64,000 nucleotides of DNA from Chrysomallon squamiferum (Eukaryota > Animalia > Mollusca), in contig CM022676.1 in the NCBI GenBank assembly GCA_012295275.1, positions 12,648,001 through 12,712,000 on the forward strand, in the 5' to 3' direction. Below the pieces are notes generated by a model, which ran no database searches, was not told where the DNA came from, and was given only the letters and a program-made list of their open reading frames with translations. Shown piece by piece: positions 1 to 15,364 of this stretch; the first letter of the stretch is position 1, and each line of letters begins with the position of its first letter. A program made the translations under genes and the position numbers.

Positions 1-2499
1 AACTGAATGGTGCACTGACTCATATTTTTACTTCAAATTAAAATGGTAATTTAGTTTTTATGGGTTTGGCAGGAAAAAGAACAAAAAATATCTTTTTTTT
101 ATTAAAAATGTTAGATTCAAGTATGTCATTTAAAAGATCTTGACAAATTGTTTACAACACGGGTTGAATTTTTCAAATAAGACAAAAACTGAAACTACAG
201 TGTCTGTTTGCACTTTTAGTCATTTTAAGAGCATTCTGCTGCATGTCATTTTGAAGATTTTGTTATGTTTAGGATGGTATTGTGAACACACATACAAACA
301 CACACTTAAAGGTCTGAAAAAAAATTGAGTTCATTTAACAAATTGGTCCTAGCACTCTTATTGATTTTTATGTCTTTTGTATCCATTATTTTTCAAACTG
401 CAGTTGGCCAAAGTTGTATTTTCTGATAATGTGCCAAAATATGGTTGAAAACGGACCAAGTACCTGTTGTATCAATTTTCATATATCTTTTGAACCGTTG
501 GAGACAGACTGATAATTTTTGGTATGTTTAGTTTCTTTTTTGCTACAGCTTTCATTATCTGCTAATGTTCTTACATATTATATGAAATTAAAGTCAGAAA
601 AAAAAAATCTTTAATTTTGGATATTATCTTTTTCTTGAAACTTTCTCAAAGATAATCAGTTATTTTGTTTTGAATTCTGTTGGAAAAATAGATTCTGTTT
701 TATCAGAAAGGATACAACTTCTGCAATTATTTTTATTATTGCCTACCATTTTACCTTTTCAGCAGAAATCTGCTTTTGAAGTTCATCATGTATAATAGTA
801 CTCAATCGCTGCAGTCAAACAAAATTTCAAGTATTCCCTCATGCAAGCTCTCTGAAAAGTGTTTGTCTCATAAATTTGTGACATTTGTGGGTTGAATTTT
901 CTATAAGTAGCAAAACCTTCTTGCTAAAATTTGACATTGATGACCCATGCTCCTTTGAAAACAAAAAGCAGACATCCTGGTATGGAAAGTGTTTCCTTTT
1001 CACATTTTCTCCATTTGTAGAAACCACTGTTTGGCCAAGGATCTTACATTCTTTTCACCAAATGGACACTTTTATTTTGATATCTTTCTGGACCATGTAC
1101 CATGTTATCTTTAAGTTATCTAGAACTGGTTTTTTTTTTGGGGGGGGGTTCTGTGCCTTTTGTGTGAATTCAAGCAATTGATAAATGATTTACTGCCACT
1201 TATTTGTTACTTCTTGTTAAGCACTATACCCAGTATTAATATTGTTTAATAATTTCTGTACTCTAAGTTCATTTTTCTAAAAAAAACTGGTGGTTTAATA
1301 CATTCAAACCAGTTTTCTGGAGGTCAGCTTGTAAAGTGTGCTGTGCTGACTGGGGCCAAAGGAGAAATAGCCCTGGGCATCCAATCAGAGAAAAGAACTT
1401 AAGAAAGTTGGTTGATGTATATTTATGTTTCATCTATGTTTACATATTAAAAAATCTTCCTTTCTCATATTTCTCAGAACTAGGCCTTATACTTGAGTCT
1501 TTGGGGCATGCAATCAAGGAATTGGCCCAGGACATCACCAAACCTCTGCATGCCACTGCTCATAAAACAGGCTAACTATAATAATTTAAAACTGTTTCTT
1601 CACTCTGATCATATGCCCACTAAAATGGATGCCTGGGGCATTCACTCCTCTCCCCTCTGCATGCCACTGTTCTCTTGGTTGTTTCTAGGTTCCAAATATT
1701 TAAGTAATTATCTCTAAATACATTTAACAAAACAAATTAATTAATAATTTCTTTTTAATTTTTACATGTACAATCAACAGGAAAGACTGGCATCTGTCTT
1801 CACTGAAAATTTCATCATGTAAGCTTCATTACTAACAAAGATAGTGGAGAAAAGAGCAGTTTTCAGTCACAAACCTCTATCGTCTTAAATAGTGTTTAAC
1901 TAAACGAAAATAAACGGTTATTATGGATTTTGAAATTAGCATTACTTCCTTAATATTGAATATATTCACTTGATCTCTGTGTAATTTTTTGAAGGTTTCA
2001 AAGCTCTATCCAACCGCCTTGTTTCATTATCATTGTGACAGTGACTTGAGAGACTGTTGCAGTTAAAAAAAAGATTTAAAAAAGAGATAACTTGTCTTAA
2101 CATAATGTTTGTAATAAAAGAACACACACACGAATAAATAAATGAACCAAAAATAAACAAATAAACAAATAAAACAAAAATGATAATATAACTATACTAC
2201 TACTACTAATTATAATAATAATAAAAACATAAACGTCTTTCTTTCGATAATTTCCATTACAAACTAAGCCGATATTTTCCACCTAACCCCGACAAGGTAA
2301 ATACTGCTTATGAATTACTATAAAATTAAACGAAAGGAGCGACTGTAACTCTTTCATTTTAAACTTTATCATTGTATTTAAAATGTCTAGTTTAAAAATA
2401 AATAAATAAGTAAAAAAATTATATAATAAATTTGTTGGCACCAAAACAGGCAGACAAATTTACATACCACAGCGCTTTCCTTTCTCTCCTCAATCCTAA

Positions 2500-2601
2500 T
2501 GAAATGAAATGAAAAAAAATAACGTGCTAATCAGAGCAAGCTGTTGTGAAGCACGTCTACGACGGGCACGCTTTCTGACAGGTCAGCGGGCGTGTCCGTC
2601 G
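2500..2601 (-). mobile_element. ~100-bp 3'-terminal fragment of the same LINE
   Basis: Matches 55061-55150; (TTTCA)n tail; TSD caatcctaa at 2491-2499 and 2602-2610. Confidence 0.9.
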
Positions 2602-2722
2602 CAATCCTAACTGGTAGCCTCCGTTGTATAAAATAAAATAAAAATATGGAATGTTCGACCTTCACCTTGTTCCTTATCAAGAAGATTTCGTTCCAGGTTA
2701 AATTAATTAAGTCGGGTTGTAA

Positions 2723-2766
<44 letters not shown>

Positions 2767-3403
2767 TCGTTTTATTATCTATTTCCCCAGCAGCATTTGT
2801 AAAAGGCTGGGCATATTCTTGGCTGTACAACGAAATATATAAAAATCCGAGATTCACAGATTCTAAATATACACACGTTGGCTGGAAATACACCTTCTGA
2901 ACCATTTCAAAACCGAACGTATATCTTACCTTGAACACGAATATACTGGAGTATTGTTCATAGGAATGTTGTTCAACTATTCAATAAATATAAAGTAGGC
3001 CCAGTTTAAAATGCTGGATTTTGTAATTAAAACATTCAGTAAGCGTGTGAAATATACGACTTGAAATTATATAGCCTATTTACATTAAAACATTCAGTAA
3101 AAGGTGTGACATAGATCACATAAAAGTACACATGTACGTATGTTACACACAATCTGTAAACAAATATTCAGCCATTTCACCTAATTCCTATGACCTAAAT
3201 GAAAAAACTGAAAATGATTCCATTACATTGCACAAATTGTCTGAACGCAGACATTACGTGAATATCAAGGCGTCAGTGCCCAAGGTGCCCCTTATCACGG
3301 CAAGGGGATGTAGGCGTTTAGAACACCGTGACAGTGATTTGTATAAACAAATTGTGACAGTAATTTATATCATGGTTATTGTTATTGCTATTGCTATTGC
3401 TGC

Positions 3404-3439
<36 letters not shown>

Positions 3440-3446
<7 letters not shown>

Positions 3447-4900
3447 CAATATTTATATAGCACTCTTGCCGTACCAAGTAAGTTCAAGGCTGCTTTATAG
3501 TGTAAGCTAATAAACTTAAATATAAAAAGACACGAACATTAAAAGAAATGTGAACACAATGGTGAACATGTTAAAATGGAGGTAAAAAAACAAACCAAAA
3601 AAAAAACAAAAAAATATTGTTGAAAACGATCAATTGATTAAATTTGGAAAAATAATGCATAACGACCAAGTGGATTTGAAAGAAATGGGTCTTTAGTAAT
3701 TTTTGGAATATTGTTGTGATGTATAAAGTTGGTGTAGCATAACTGAAATATCTCTGGCCGTAGGTAATTGTTCTTATTCTTGATGTTGCTAGTGTTGTTT
3801 ACGTAGAATCCTACATAGTCTGTTCGCTTCCAGTATGTCCTTGGTGTAATTTGGGGAACAATCGTTCAAGGTAACACGACCAAGACCGTGTACTGTATTC
3901 TAGAGAGGACAGGTAACTATCCTTCAGTGCAGGCGATATGTGACTGTTATCAGATGTGCTGGCCTCAGGGAGTGTTGCTGTATTCTGGATCCCGTTGTAG
4001 TTTGTTGAGCATAGTGTTAGGCAAACCGTATAGTAATCTATCAGAATAGTCCAGCTGTGACATCACAAGTTCAGTCGTCATTGTTTTTGTTGTATCACTG
4101 GTCCGACACTGCCTGATCTTCCACAGCATGATCATATCTAGCAAGCATGGAAGTAGACTGTAAACTATTTCTTATGGTTTTAATCTTCTGTACGAAGAAA
4201 TCACTGAACTTCTGTGCCCGTTAATTAGATGAAATTCCACTACATAGAGACGACTGCTGTTATTTGCTTACAGATGTTTCTTTATCCGATATATGCTTTT
4301 TATATCACGTCCACATGCATTCAGTTTGTCCGAGTAGCAAAATACCCGTGCTTCCTTTAGATGCCTAATTCTTATATATTTGGTGGTCAGTGGTCAATCC
4401 GGATGTTCGCCACTTGCGTTCAAGCTTGCGTCTAAGATATTTTGCATGATGGCGATTGTCTCTGAATTACAGACAACTGGGCCTCTATATCATCAGTTTG
4501 GTACGAAACGGAGCATGAATCGATACAAGGAAGTTCAGTTGCACCTGAAACCATCTTATTGAATGGCGGAATATTTTATATCACGTTTGAAAGCCTCAAC
4601 ATCATTTCAGTATAGTTTCCTAAAATACACTGTTTTTCGGCATATAGTAGCATGGTCGATTGATTGATATATGATGTAAACACTTGAATTTGTTTTGTTT
4701 TTTCTTACCCTCTCGGTATCAACGTTTCTTCACTATCCTCCTGTATTGCACCATAATTGATGTGCATACCTTTGTGGTGGATACTGAGTTCCGTCATTGA
4801 CGGTTTAATTGCCAGGAGTTGCTATAGGTATTTTCCGACTGATTGGTCTATATTGTCCGATTGAAAGCCTAGGCAAGCTGGGCAGTGGATGAAGCTTAGG
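3440..4900 (-). mobile_element. Degraded L2/CR1-group LINE relic
   Basis: Minus strand of ~3980-4070 reads LVMSQLDYS..LLYGLPN..LNKLQR/IQNTA (RT thumb region); 3' end gtgctatataaat followed by an (AAT)n tail. Confidence 0.65.
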
Positions 4901-6761
4901 TAGTGATTTCCTCCTCACTGATGAGCGTATTTTTATGGTGATCACTGATTAATCGTGCATAATAGATCCACTAGACAAATAACACATCAGCAAGACTAAA
5001 GTTTGAATTATTTATTTACAAACATATTTTGTAATCATATAGAAGAAAATAAAAACAACTAAATTATTTACGGTTTGGGGAAAACCTAAGTTACAAAATA
5101 AAATCAGCTGAATATAATTAAAGATGCTATCGGTCACGGGAGAATCAAGTAATTGGAGCTCTGGTTTTCAACCTTTTTCATACCGCGACCCCTTATGAGT
5201 AACTCAATATGACTGATAACCTCCTTTAAACATTTTGATTCCATAATATCTAGGGTTACCATATTTTCATCAACCAAAGACAGTACAAAAGGAATCTATA
5301 TTCACTATGACGGGTCCCAAACCTATCTTACATTTTTATTTATTCTTCCTTCCAAGTCAAGTTGAAAAAAGCTAAAACATACCCTCGTTCAAGAACGATC
5401 CAGCGACCCCCAGAAAAAAGGCTCCGTTAATGATACATATTACACTGCTTAAAGACAGTATCGAAAAGCAAGGGGTAAAAGTATATTAATACAATCCCGC
5501 TACCAAACGTTCATTAAACTAGGGCCAAAAATTCAAAGTCCTCTTCCGTGACTTCCATGTTCTTCAAAGAGAACCGTCACGAGGTGTAACCTAATGTTTG
5601 GCGCTATTTGGCGCTTCTTCTTCCTCAAACCACGAATTTTCCTTGATTCCTATATACATCCACATTACATTACGTTCTAGCGGACGCCTTTGAAAACCGC
5701 GGCATCAAAGAGAAAAGCAAGCCAGCTTGGTAGACAAATTTGAAAGCTGTTTTTCTTACACAAAACTCGCCTAATCTTACCCAAAGGTTTACTTTAGTTT
5801 AAAATTTTGAAACTAACATTAGAAGTTTGTCGTCGCGTATTTTACTGTAAAAGAGTATTATAGAAAGTCAAACAGAACTTTAATTATTTGCATATATCAG
5901 CAGCGAGAGGCAGTTTATTTACTTCATATAATTATTAATAGATATTTATTTAATATTTGTCGTGAATTTTATCTTTTCTCTATTTTATACTGAGATGATA
6001 GTTTCCACCACTTTCTGATACCAGCAGCTACTCTGACAGGGGCTAGAGAGCTGTGATTTTCATGTGAATATCCACATTATTATTGTTGTGATTATTAGTT
6101 TTGTTATTAATGGGCAACAAAATCAATAAATGGACTCCAGCACTCTTGAAAAATGATAAATTACAACTGCTTTTTATTTATTATAAAATAAACATTTTAC
6201 TGATTTTAATGACTTAGCAATTCGAACAGAGGCACAATATGCGGTCGATTCTTTATTTCTTTGTTCATTGCCTTTTTTCTTATCCAAATTTCATATGGGA
6301 TTAATCCTGTTTAGTGACTACTTTTTAGATATCAAATTCATCATGTTATTAGAGAATGAAATGATGACATATATGCTGAAATAAAGAAGAATATGTAATT
6401 TCTGGTAGTGTACAGTATCCAATATGCAGAGGTGCGAAATGTGAGCCGAAACACGGCAAAATATATTTTTCAACAAGAAAAATAATTAAAAAAACAAAAA
6501 ATCATTCCTATTTTTATTATATATTCTTTTATCTTCATTAAATTTTACCATTTTAATTGTTTAAATTTATAAAACGGTAGATCTTGAAACAAAATAGATC
6601 GGTTTTCAATGAAGGAAATAAAAACTGAAATATTTTAATCTGAAACGGAAAGATTCTGCGCCATCCCGCACTTATTTCCCGCGTTGTTGCAATTGGCAAG
6701 TGCAAAGACAACTTTATTCCCCAAAAGTCTTGTATTACTAATATCGATGCTGCATTAATAA

Positions 6762-6793
<32 letters not shown>

Positions 6794-8919
6794 GTAATCA
6801 ATAAAGAAATATTAGTACTTGTGTTTGAGAAAATCAGCATGACTGCTTTTGAATTTTGTAAACTGTTGCAAAGAAATGAATTACGAAAGCCGAGATTGTG
6901 TTACCCTTGGACATGTTGCGATTAGGACATAGCATAAATAATTATTGAAAATCAGGCGGACTGTTTATGCATTACATAGTGATGGTATGTAACGTTTATG
7001 AAATATATCTGTTGTTAAAAATTGATTGTTATCGTTCCAGGTCTAAACACCGAGGATTAAAACTGTTTTCCTAATCACTAAATGAAAGTCATATTCAAAG
7101 CGCAGTCTTGTATACATTCGCAGTTGTATCATATTTTTGTTGGCATTTCTTGATGCGTGAGCTGTCTCTCACAGTAAGGGATGATTATTTGTCAATTTCC
7201 ACGGTCGAAAGTATCGTCAAGGCTTTTGAAATGATAGAGGGTCTTTCGTATGGGCGTCGTGACCCAAGCTCGTTCACGCCTGCTAAAAAATTATTGAAGA
7301 ACGTAATGGATAAAGCAGGCCTCGCATATTATGAAATACACTTTGCATCTGTAAAAGATGGCCGGAAATATAAACTGTGTTGCGTTTGAGCAATGTCCCT
7401 TTAAGTGGTTGTTAGTCTCGTTCATTTCAAAAGAAAAATGAAATGCAACTGACAGTCAGAACCGGATTAAGCAACTGCGGGGCCCATAGCAAAACATAAG
7501 TCCCTACTACTGGCTAGTTACAAAAGCAACCCCTCCCTCAATCTCATTGTTATTACAGCTTTACATACAGCATAAACACACCTTAATATTTCATTAATCA
7601 GTCAGATATATTGTTGAAACAAAAGGAATTTTGCCCACAGTATCAAAAATGCCAACTGTAATGCAAACTGTAATGCAATTGCATGTATGCTCCAAAAACG
7701 TGCATCAAAGTTTAGACCAGTAGACAAGTGTGATTCAGACTCAGATTAAGTTACATGTCGCGCCTTCAAGATTTTAAATGAGCAGAGCTTTTTGTAATGC
7801 AAGTAGTGTCAACCGTTCTCAACAAATCGCATTCGATGCTCTTCAGTATATTTAAATGTTTTTATCCCATCGTCGTTGTTTGAGAATTTTGTATGAGGTG
7901 CTATTTGGAAAATGAACGATCCCCTGTACAGATTGTAACCATTATACATAAATACTTGAGTACCATTATTTCAATATCTGGAAAACATGATTGCATGTTG
8001 TGATCTCTGATGATATTTCTACAAGTTACACGTCGACATAAACTTTTGTGTAACGACACCCCAGCACATTGTCTAATCAGCGGTTATTAGATATCAAACA
8101 TACTAGTTGTGGTCCACTGGCTACTGAGGTAAGAAAATTTCAGCAAATAAACTGTTCAGAAACATACCTTTACACAAAACAAATACCAAAGGCTATAATC
8201 AAAATCATGATACCCACATTTGGATTTAATAAAAAATAAAGAAAAAGGTGATCCGCTGGGCCGCTGACAGCGCGGTGTCTGTAGCATTTAGTACATTTGC
8301 TATGTTGTTAATCAGGTACTGTCGACTGGCTATACAAAACAGTGCTGCTACTGAGTCTACAGCAACATTCTTTCTAGTATAACAGTTTGTGTATTGTCTG
8401 GCCGGCTGCAGGCCCTTGGTATAAGTATGTAAAATAACAACTACAGAAATGACATATCTGCACATGCCCTACCGAAACTCACGGCCAGATTTGCGTAGAA
8501 ATGTAAAACTGTATTGATAATAACAACATTTTTATGAGTTTATTATAAGTATGAGTTTATTATAAAAATTAAAATTTTATTTCAATAAATCAATAATTCA
8601 TCATAATGTTACAAGTAAACTTATAGCTCGGATCAGAGTCAGGGTTAGGGTTAATATTTTGGTTATGATTATGATTAGGGTTACAGTTAAAAATATGGTT
8701 TGTTTCAGGTTTAGAGTTAGGTTTATGGCAAGGATTAGTGTTGCATTAGATTTCTGTATTTCTTTTTTTCTTTTTTTATTGTGAGCATAACATTTATAAT
8801 CAGTTTTATTTCAGTGAATGCTTAACTTAACATTAAATGTTTAAAGTATCTTTTTTTTTATTATAATAATTATTATTATTTATTTTTATATTTTCTAATT
8901 AGTGGATTATCAAACTATT

Positions 8920-9259
8920 TGTCACGGAATTTCATATTGCGTAACCAAATTTGTTACTTCAGTCGAATCCGCTCCTTTCATTTTTAAGCGATGGATGAAA
9001 TTGTGTAACTCTAATTGTTACTTCAAATCACATCCGCTCTTTTTATTGTTTCCGCTAATTTTTCAACTCCATGGCGTTGTTATAAAAAGGCTGGCATTTG
9101 GTAATTAAAGAGCGAAGTAATATAGACTTATTGATTTATATAGACTGCTGTCAATCTAGCGCTTATATTCCTTGTTAGGTGGCCATTAAAGCACCTTGTT
9201 ACCCTAGACTGAGCCTTAATAAAACATACAAGGTGTTGAAAGGTGTGAGCCCCGTGACA
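8920..9259 (+). mobile_element. Solo LTR-like element, 340 bp
   Basis: Termini tgtcacgg...ccgtgaca, perfect 5-bp TSD CTATT, AATAAA near the 3' end. Degenerate relatives at ~18280-18807, ~46336-46860 and ~57966-58495. Confidence 0.75.
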
Positions 9260-9299
9260 CTATTGTATATATATATATTTTTTTTTTTCTTCTTCTTGT

Positions 9300-11857
9300 T
9301 CGTCACAGCACTCGACAAACAAGATAGCGCCAAAAATCCACAACCGAACCAATAACCATAGCACTGTTTGAAGACCACAGCGCCTTTTGGTGTGCAGGCA
9401 GATCGACGACAGCAATACAGAAACAAATATATAAAGATCTAAACAACATAAACGACTGGACATTGAAATGGGGCAAAAAGATTTCTCTTTCCAAAACAAC
9501 ATGCCTCCTTTTCAACAACAAAATCACACTAAACATCGACAACAACGTCATAACAAAAAACAAAACATTCAAATTTCTAGGTGTGACATTTGACAGCCAA
9601 CTCAACTTCGGATGCCACATACACAACATAACTGCATCCTACAAAAAACCCCAACCGGAACCAGTTGGGGAGCAAACGAGTCAACGCTAATTTTGATATA
9701 CGAAGCGTGTATTCTCTCCAGGCTCGACAACAGAGCCACGGCTTACTGGAATTCTCCCGAACACTCATTAAAAAAACTAAACGTGATACAATACAACACC
9801 ATCCGACAGTCTCCTGTCAGAATACAGCATCCAACCACTAAAATACAGAAGAAAGCTGCAGCTACTGAAATACAACGTGAAAATACACACCCTGAACACA
9901 GACCACCCTGTCAAGGATCTGTTCCCCGACCAACAAAGAATAGGGCAACCCTTTAAATCGCATCGTCGACTACTATCGAATTTCCCGACAACAGCCAGCG
10001 AAATCGAAAGGGAAACAGGAATAGGGGAACAAAACCAGCAATAAACACACCTTTCCTGATCAAAACAGAAACAGACAAAACAGAGATCCCACCGTTCAAA
10101 AAAGCCGTATTTCTAGCAGCAGCAAACGACCATTACAAACAACACACGCACATCTACACCGACGGATCCAAAAACCCAGACAATGAGAAAGAAGGATTCA
10201 CCTTCATAGCCCAAGATCACACAAACAAACCCACATGCATACAATTCAGCAGCATCAGAAATCACCTTTCTGTATACACGGCCGAATTGGTCGCCATCAT
10301 CAGAGCCATGTTGTGGGTGAAACACAACACCAACAAACACACAGTCATATTCTCGGACAGCCTAAGTTCCATCATCTCAACACAATCCGGACATTCCAGC
10401 AGACCAGACCTGCTCAGTAAAATACAACATCTACACGAAGACATACAACACATCAACAAACAACTAATCATCGAGTGGCTCCCAGCACACGTCGGCATCA
10501 TCGGCAACGAACTTGCCGACCATTACACAAAGAGTCACTCAACATTAAAGACGAAGACATCTGCACAGACATACACTACGGAATAAACGAAATTCTCTCC
10601 ATCGCAGCCAAGCATGATGACAAACAATGGCAAAACGAATGGAACAACATCAAAAGCAAACGGCACTTGAACATCAAACCATTCACCAAAACACCCAAAA
10701 TCACACTCGCGAACAAACTACACAACAATAACCTCACCAAAGCCAGAATTGGTTACTCAACCAACTTAAATGCAATCCGATACAAATACCACAACACCAC
10801 ATCACCCAACTGCAGCTGTGGACTCTCCGAAACCATGAAACACTACTTGTTTCACTGTCAAAATTTCGCCAAGGAAAGACAAGCACTATGCAACACACTG
10901 GAGGAACTAAAAATCGAGTTCACGCTCCAAAACATCTTGGCGCCGAACATGAAAGACAGAGAGTTAGTCCTCGCTGCAGTAACAACATACATTCTGAACG
11001 CAAAACACAAACTTTAGACTCTTGGATTTGAGAGTTTGAATTTTTTTTTTTTTTATGACACAAAAACAAACAACAATTGAATGAATTTACTGACTTACAG
11101 ATTGGTTGGTTGAACAGCTGATTGATCCATGGATGGATCAGCTGACTGACGGATCAGTTTGAATGGCCAATTAAATTAATAATTAAAAACAAAACTATGC
11201 GTACTATACGTACTTACTTACCCGGTTATTGGTTATATATATATATGTGGAAGTATGTGGTATTTGTTTTAGTTAGGATTTGTATTTAATGTTTTATTTG
11301 CAGATATTTGCTTTTTAGCAGGCTTTGTCATTAATGTAAGGTTTTATTTACAGCTTGCCTCCTGTCAGCTTATTGTGTAACTAAAGTTTTATTTTATCCC
11401 TAGCCAGGTTATGCCAAACAATAGGCTGGTAACTTGTCATTGTGGTGATTGTTTCATTCAGCTTACACTGTACTAACACACGTTACTTGCCTTGCGTGTT
11501 AACTATTGTTCCCAAACTCCTCTCCCAAGCCCATCAGGGAATAAACAACTTGGCTCAAGTGTTCAGGTTTATTTCTCCTGCTAAGATTATACTGTCAGGC
11601 CAGATTTCATTTTTAAAGGTGGAACTGAATTTATTATTTGAAAGTGGATATTATCTGAAAGATTGTCCTGTTCTCGTTCAGTGTGCTGGAGAATCCAGTT
11701 TCTTACACCCAGGTGTCATCTACCTGGGTGTTTTTTCTTGTCTTCACTTTTTTGTGACATCGAATAAATTGTCTGAACCCACCCGTAGCTGTTACGTTCT
11801 ACTTCCTGTGTTCTGGAAAAGTGAAAAATCTGATACTGCTACATATATATATATATA

Positions 11858-11896
<39 letters not shown>

Positions 11897-12522
11897 TTTT
11901 TTGTTTTTGGATGTACATAATAAATGTAAATAAGTTAACAACGTTTATGTTCTTATTTTTAGCTGCAGGTGTTTATAGCATCTTTTAAATCAATAAAAAG
12001 ACATTTGGCCAAATAAAATAAAATAAAATGTAAATAAGTTAACTACATTCATGTTCTTATTCTTTTTAGTAGCAGGTGTTTATAACATCGTTTAAATCAG
12101 TAAAAAGAACATTGGTCAAAAAAAAAAAAAAAAAAAAAATAGAAAGAAAAAAGTTTGGAATTGTTGGACCAGAAGGAGGCAGCCAGAAAGAAGAAGGACA
12201 CATCAACAGCAGCAGAGAAGACAACAAACAAACAGGACGCAACCAACACGGACCCGGTGATGACTAGGAGACCTTCAACGAGCCAGACAAGTGTGGAAAC
12301 AACAAGGAGCGGATAACGTCTACGAAACATCGCAACCGATTCGTTATAATCCGATATGCTGGACACTCCCTTGTGTCCTGCAATCGTAAAGAGAACCCAC
12401 TCTCTTTCCTTATCCACAACTCTTTTTCTGCTACAGACACGCCCGCTGACCTGTCAGAAAGAGTGCCCGTCGTAGACGTGCTTCACAACAGCTCGCTCTG
12501 ATTAGCACGTTAATTTTTTTCA
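9300..12522 (+). mobile_element. 5'-truncated, decayed copy of the same I-group LINE (end of RT, RNase H, 3' UTR)
   Basis: Colinear with ~52482-55152; multiple frameshifts; same 3' terminus ctgattagcacgttaattttttt. Confidence 0.92.
11246..11843 (+). mobile_element. Probable solo LTR nested in the 3' UTR of the truncated LINE
   Basis: Absent from the full-length LINE; TG...CA ends with an imperfect inverted repeat (tgtggaagtat / atactgctaca); AATAAA at 11763; flanked by (TA)n. Confidence 0.65.
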
Positions 12523-13379
12523 AGTTAAAGTTCTTGTTCGCTATAATGTTACGATATATAACAGTGTCTTGATGAATCGTGTATGGTTCCATTATTAAAA
12601 TTATTTTTTTACAGATCGACAGAAATTATTTTGCATTTTCAAATAGCCTAGCGCTAGTACAACAGAAACTCCCATAAATTTGTTAAATACTTTAACACCA
12701 TTTGCTGATAAGGTTCACAGCTGCGGAAGTAATGGTCGTGTTTTTACACATATAGTTTTCTTTCTTTTTTACCAGTACCAAAATAAGTCTCACTTGTTAA
12801 AGCTTTAGCTGTTGAAAAGGGTGATCTGGACCTGCTGTCCACTGACAGAACATAAATATCTTATATAATGACCCATGAACTTGCAAAGACCTACAAGGAT
12901 ATGTGAATATCAAGATAAAAACTATTTTATGCAACAAATTCCAGTAACTATCATATTTTGTCGGTGATGGTGAGTTAACTCCGACCTGACCAGCAAAATG
13001 GAAGTGAGTGACATACCACTTTCATTTAGTTTCATTAATCAAACTTGATGCTCAAGCAATTTCAGTCTAACAGCAGTTCATTTTAATGTCTATTTAATGG
13101 ACTCCTAGCCATAAGGAGAAGGTGCTAAAATGATTTGGAAAAAGGATAAGGCCGATGAGACCATTTGATTTATTAGACATTTATACATAAAATATGACAT
13201 TGTTGTTGTATATATAATAAATACAGTGTGCGTCTTCAAACTAACTGATGTTCATGGAAACTATGTTTAAAAAGAATATTACAAGTTGCTTATGAGAAAA
13301 TTGTAAAATAATGTTGGGTTTATTTTTATTTTCCCAGTTTTATGTAGCAGGAGGTAGTATGGTGGACAAACGTTGTGAT

Positions 13380-14060
13380 GAACAGATTCATATCCAACTT
13401 CACCAAACCCGAGATACTTAAAGGGATGACTACAAAGAGTCTATTGAACGTATCTGTTCTGATTCTTCAGGCCACTTGCCATTAGCTATTTCTTTATTAG
13501 CCGACAGACAAATGACAAGGATAGTCAATGTAATCTTTTGGATTTAATACATTTCTACAAACTTCATACTTTTGGTAAAGTTAATCAGGAAAATGATGAC
13601 TTGTTCATGACGGGATAGCAGGTGATAATCATCGGTTTATTTGGGAGATTTATCGAGAGATTCAATATAGCATTCCATCGGTTCATGTGTCACTCAGTTC
13701 TTTGTTCATTACCTCCATCTAATATTGCCCGTCTGTCTGCATTCTCCAGTGAGCTGGGATCCATTGTAACACGACTTGGTTGACACTACTGATAGTAAAT
13801 AGAGTTTGTGAAAGTCTTTCTAGTTTGTTGTTTTCAAGAGGTTGGAGTGCAGAGAGAGCATCCGTGATGAAGAGGACATGTGAGAAAAATGTGTCATTTG
13901 ATTTGTTGTTGTTAATTGTAATGCACCAACATGCTTGTGTCTTGGAAAGCTTCTTCAGTCAATTGTGACAGGTATATGACCTGGTTTTCTGTCCTGGGGA
14001 ATTGTCACTGTCAAAGAATTGCTAAAGCCGATGGTTGATGATGAGCTCCAAGGTTAGCAC
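13380..14060 (-). mobile_element. Old RNase H-containing LINE relic (different family)
   Basis: Minus strand gives LFITDALSALQ (~13845-13875) and LQWIPAH (~13750-13770), both RNase H motifs; heavily decayed. Confidence 0.6.
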
Positions 14061-15255
14061 TATAGTGACGTCTCTCTATTTGCATACTGTAATGTATTTA
14101 CCTTTGGGCTATATATTTTTACCGTTTAGTATTCGACATTGTTTACGCATGTAAATTTGCGAGTTTGATTCATAAAGTAAATAATTGTACAGTATAATTG
14201 TACGTTATAAAACAAGCATAAACAAATAACCGAAACACATTATCTAGAGTAAAAGTAATAAATCATATTTCTAACCTCTCTAAATACGAATAATATCGTA
14301 TGTTAAACACTGTATTAAATGATAACATAATCTACTTGACTAAATTTCTTTATCTTTTTTATTTCATAAATGTTATTCATCTGTCATGATTCTTACAGTA
14401 ATCTATGGTTTACAATAATCTATTTGATTAAGTAAGCAATCTAATATAAAACCATAATATCGAAGCAAACATATATTTCTACATAATAAAATCAAATGAA
14501 AAGTAGTTACAAAATGCATATCTAGAGAATAACGTCAGCCTGGAATTATTTTTCAGTGAGAACTGATTTTATCATTTGTGTACTCAGCTCTTTTATTAAA
14601 CTTTTTAAATCGGTTAAGTAATCACCTAAGTGAATACTCCGTTGTTATATCCTTAACTCCTGTTATTTCTTTGTGCCGTAATAATTTACGAAGCTTCTGC
14701 CATATTTATTACATATTAAACTGCTTTCTGGGTTGGTAGATCATATTATAAATTGTCTATTTTTCTTAGTTTTCACGTTGACATTTTTAACCGATGTTTA
14801 TTTAACTAAGCTGTTTGTTTAAAGTGTAATGTTTCATTATTTTTATTGGTTATATTGAATTGTGCTCTATGAGAGCATGCTAGAAAACTGTAATCAGAAT
14901 AATTTAGCAGTACTTAACAGTATCTCTAGGTTGACTTTCAAATTATAAACATGAAATGGGTGACATCACAGGTTTATACGTATCCTGCTTGTTTCTACAT
15001 TTTAGAAGAGGTTCCTGGAATCATATATGCTCAACACTAAGGCGGCTCAGGGTAATGCGTAATGCACTGTCTATTTTATATGGATTATGGAGAATAATGT
15101 CAGTATTACGAGAGTTATCTCCCGACGGAATAATATTCAAACGTTAGTTTGACTTGGTGTCATTAGTGCGCTTTCCTTCCAGCGAAAATGTTAATTATTC
15201 AGATGAATTTTCGTTTTGGAGGATTTATGATTTCGTTAAGATATTTATGTAATTA

Positions 15256-15294
<39 letters not shown>

Positions 15295-15364
15295 GTATTA
15301 TAATCTAACGGATATGACAGGTTTTCAAAACCATTCAGAAAGAAAAGTTTGAACCAAAGGAACC

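Noticed and set aside
500-1300. Possible transposase relic on the minus strand (similarly 62800-63960)
   Set aside because: Coding-like composition but no motif I can identify; needs a translated search.
8640-8740. Interstitial telomeric repeat (ttaggg-like)
   Set aside because: Only about two perfect units; degenerate and more typical of repeat-element internal sequence.
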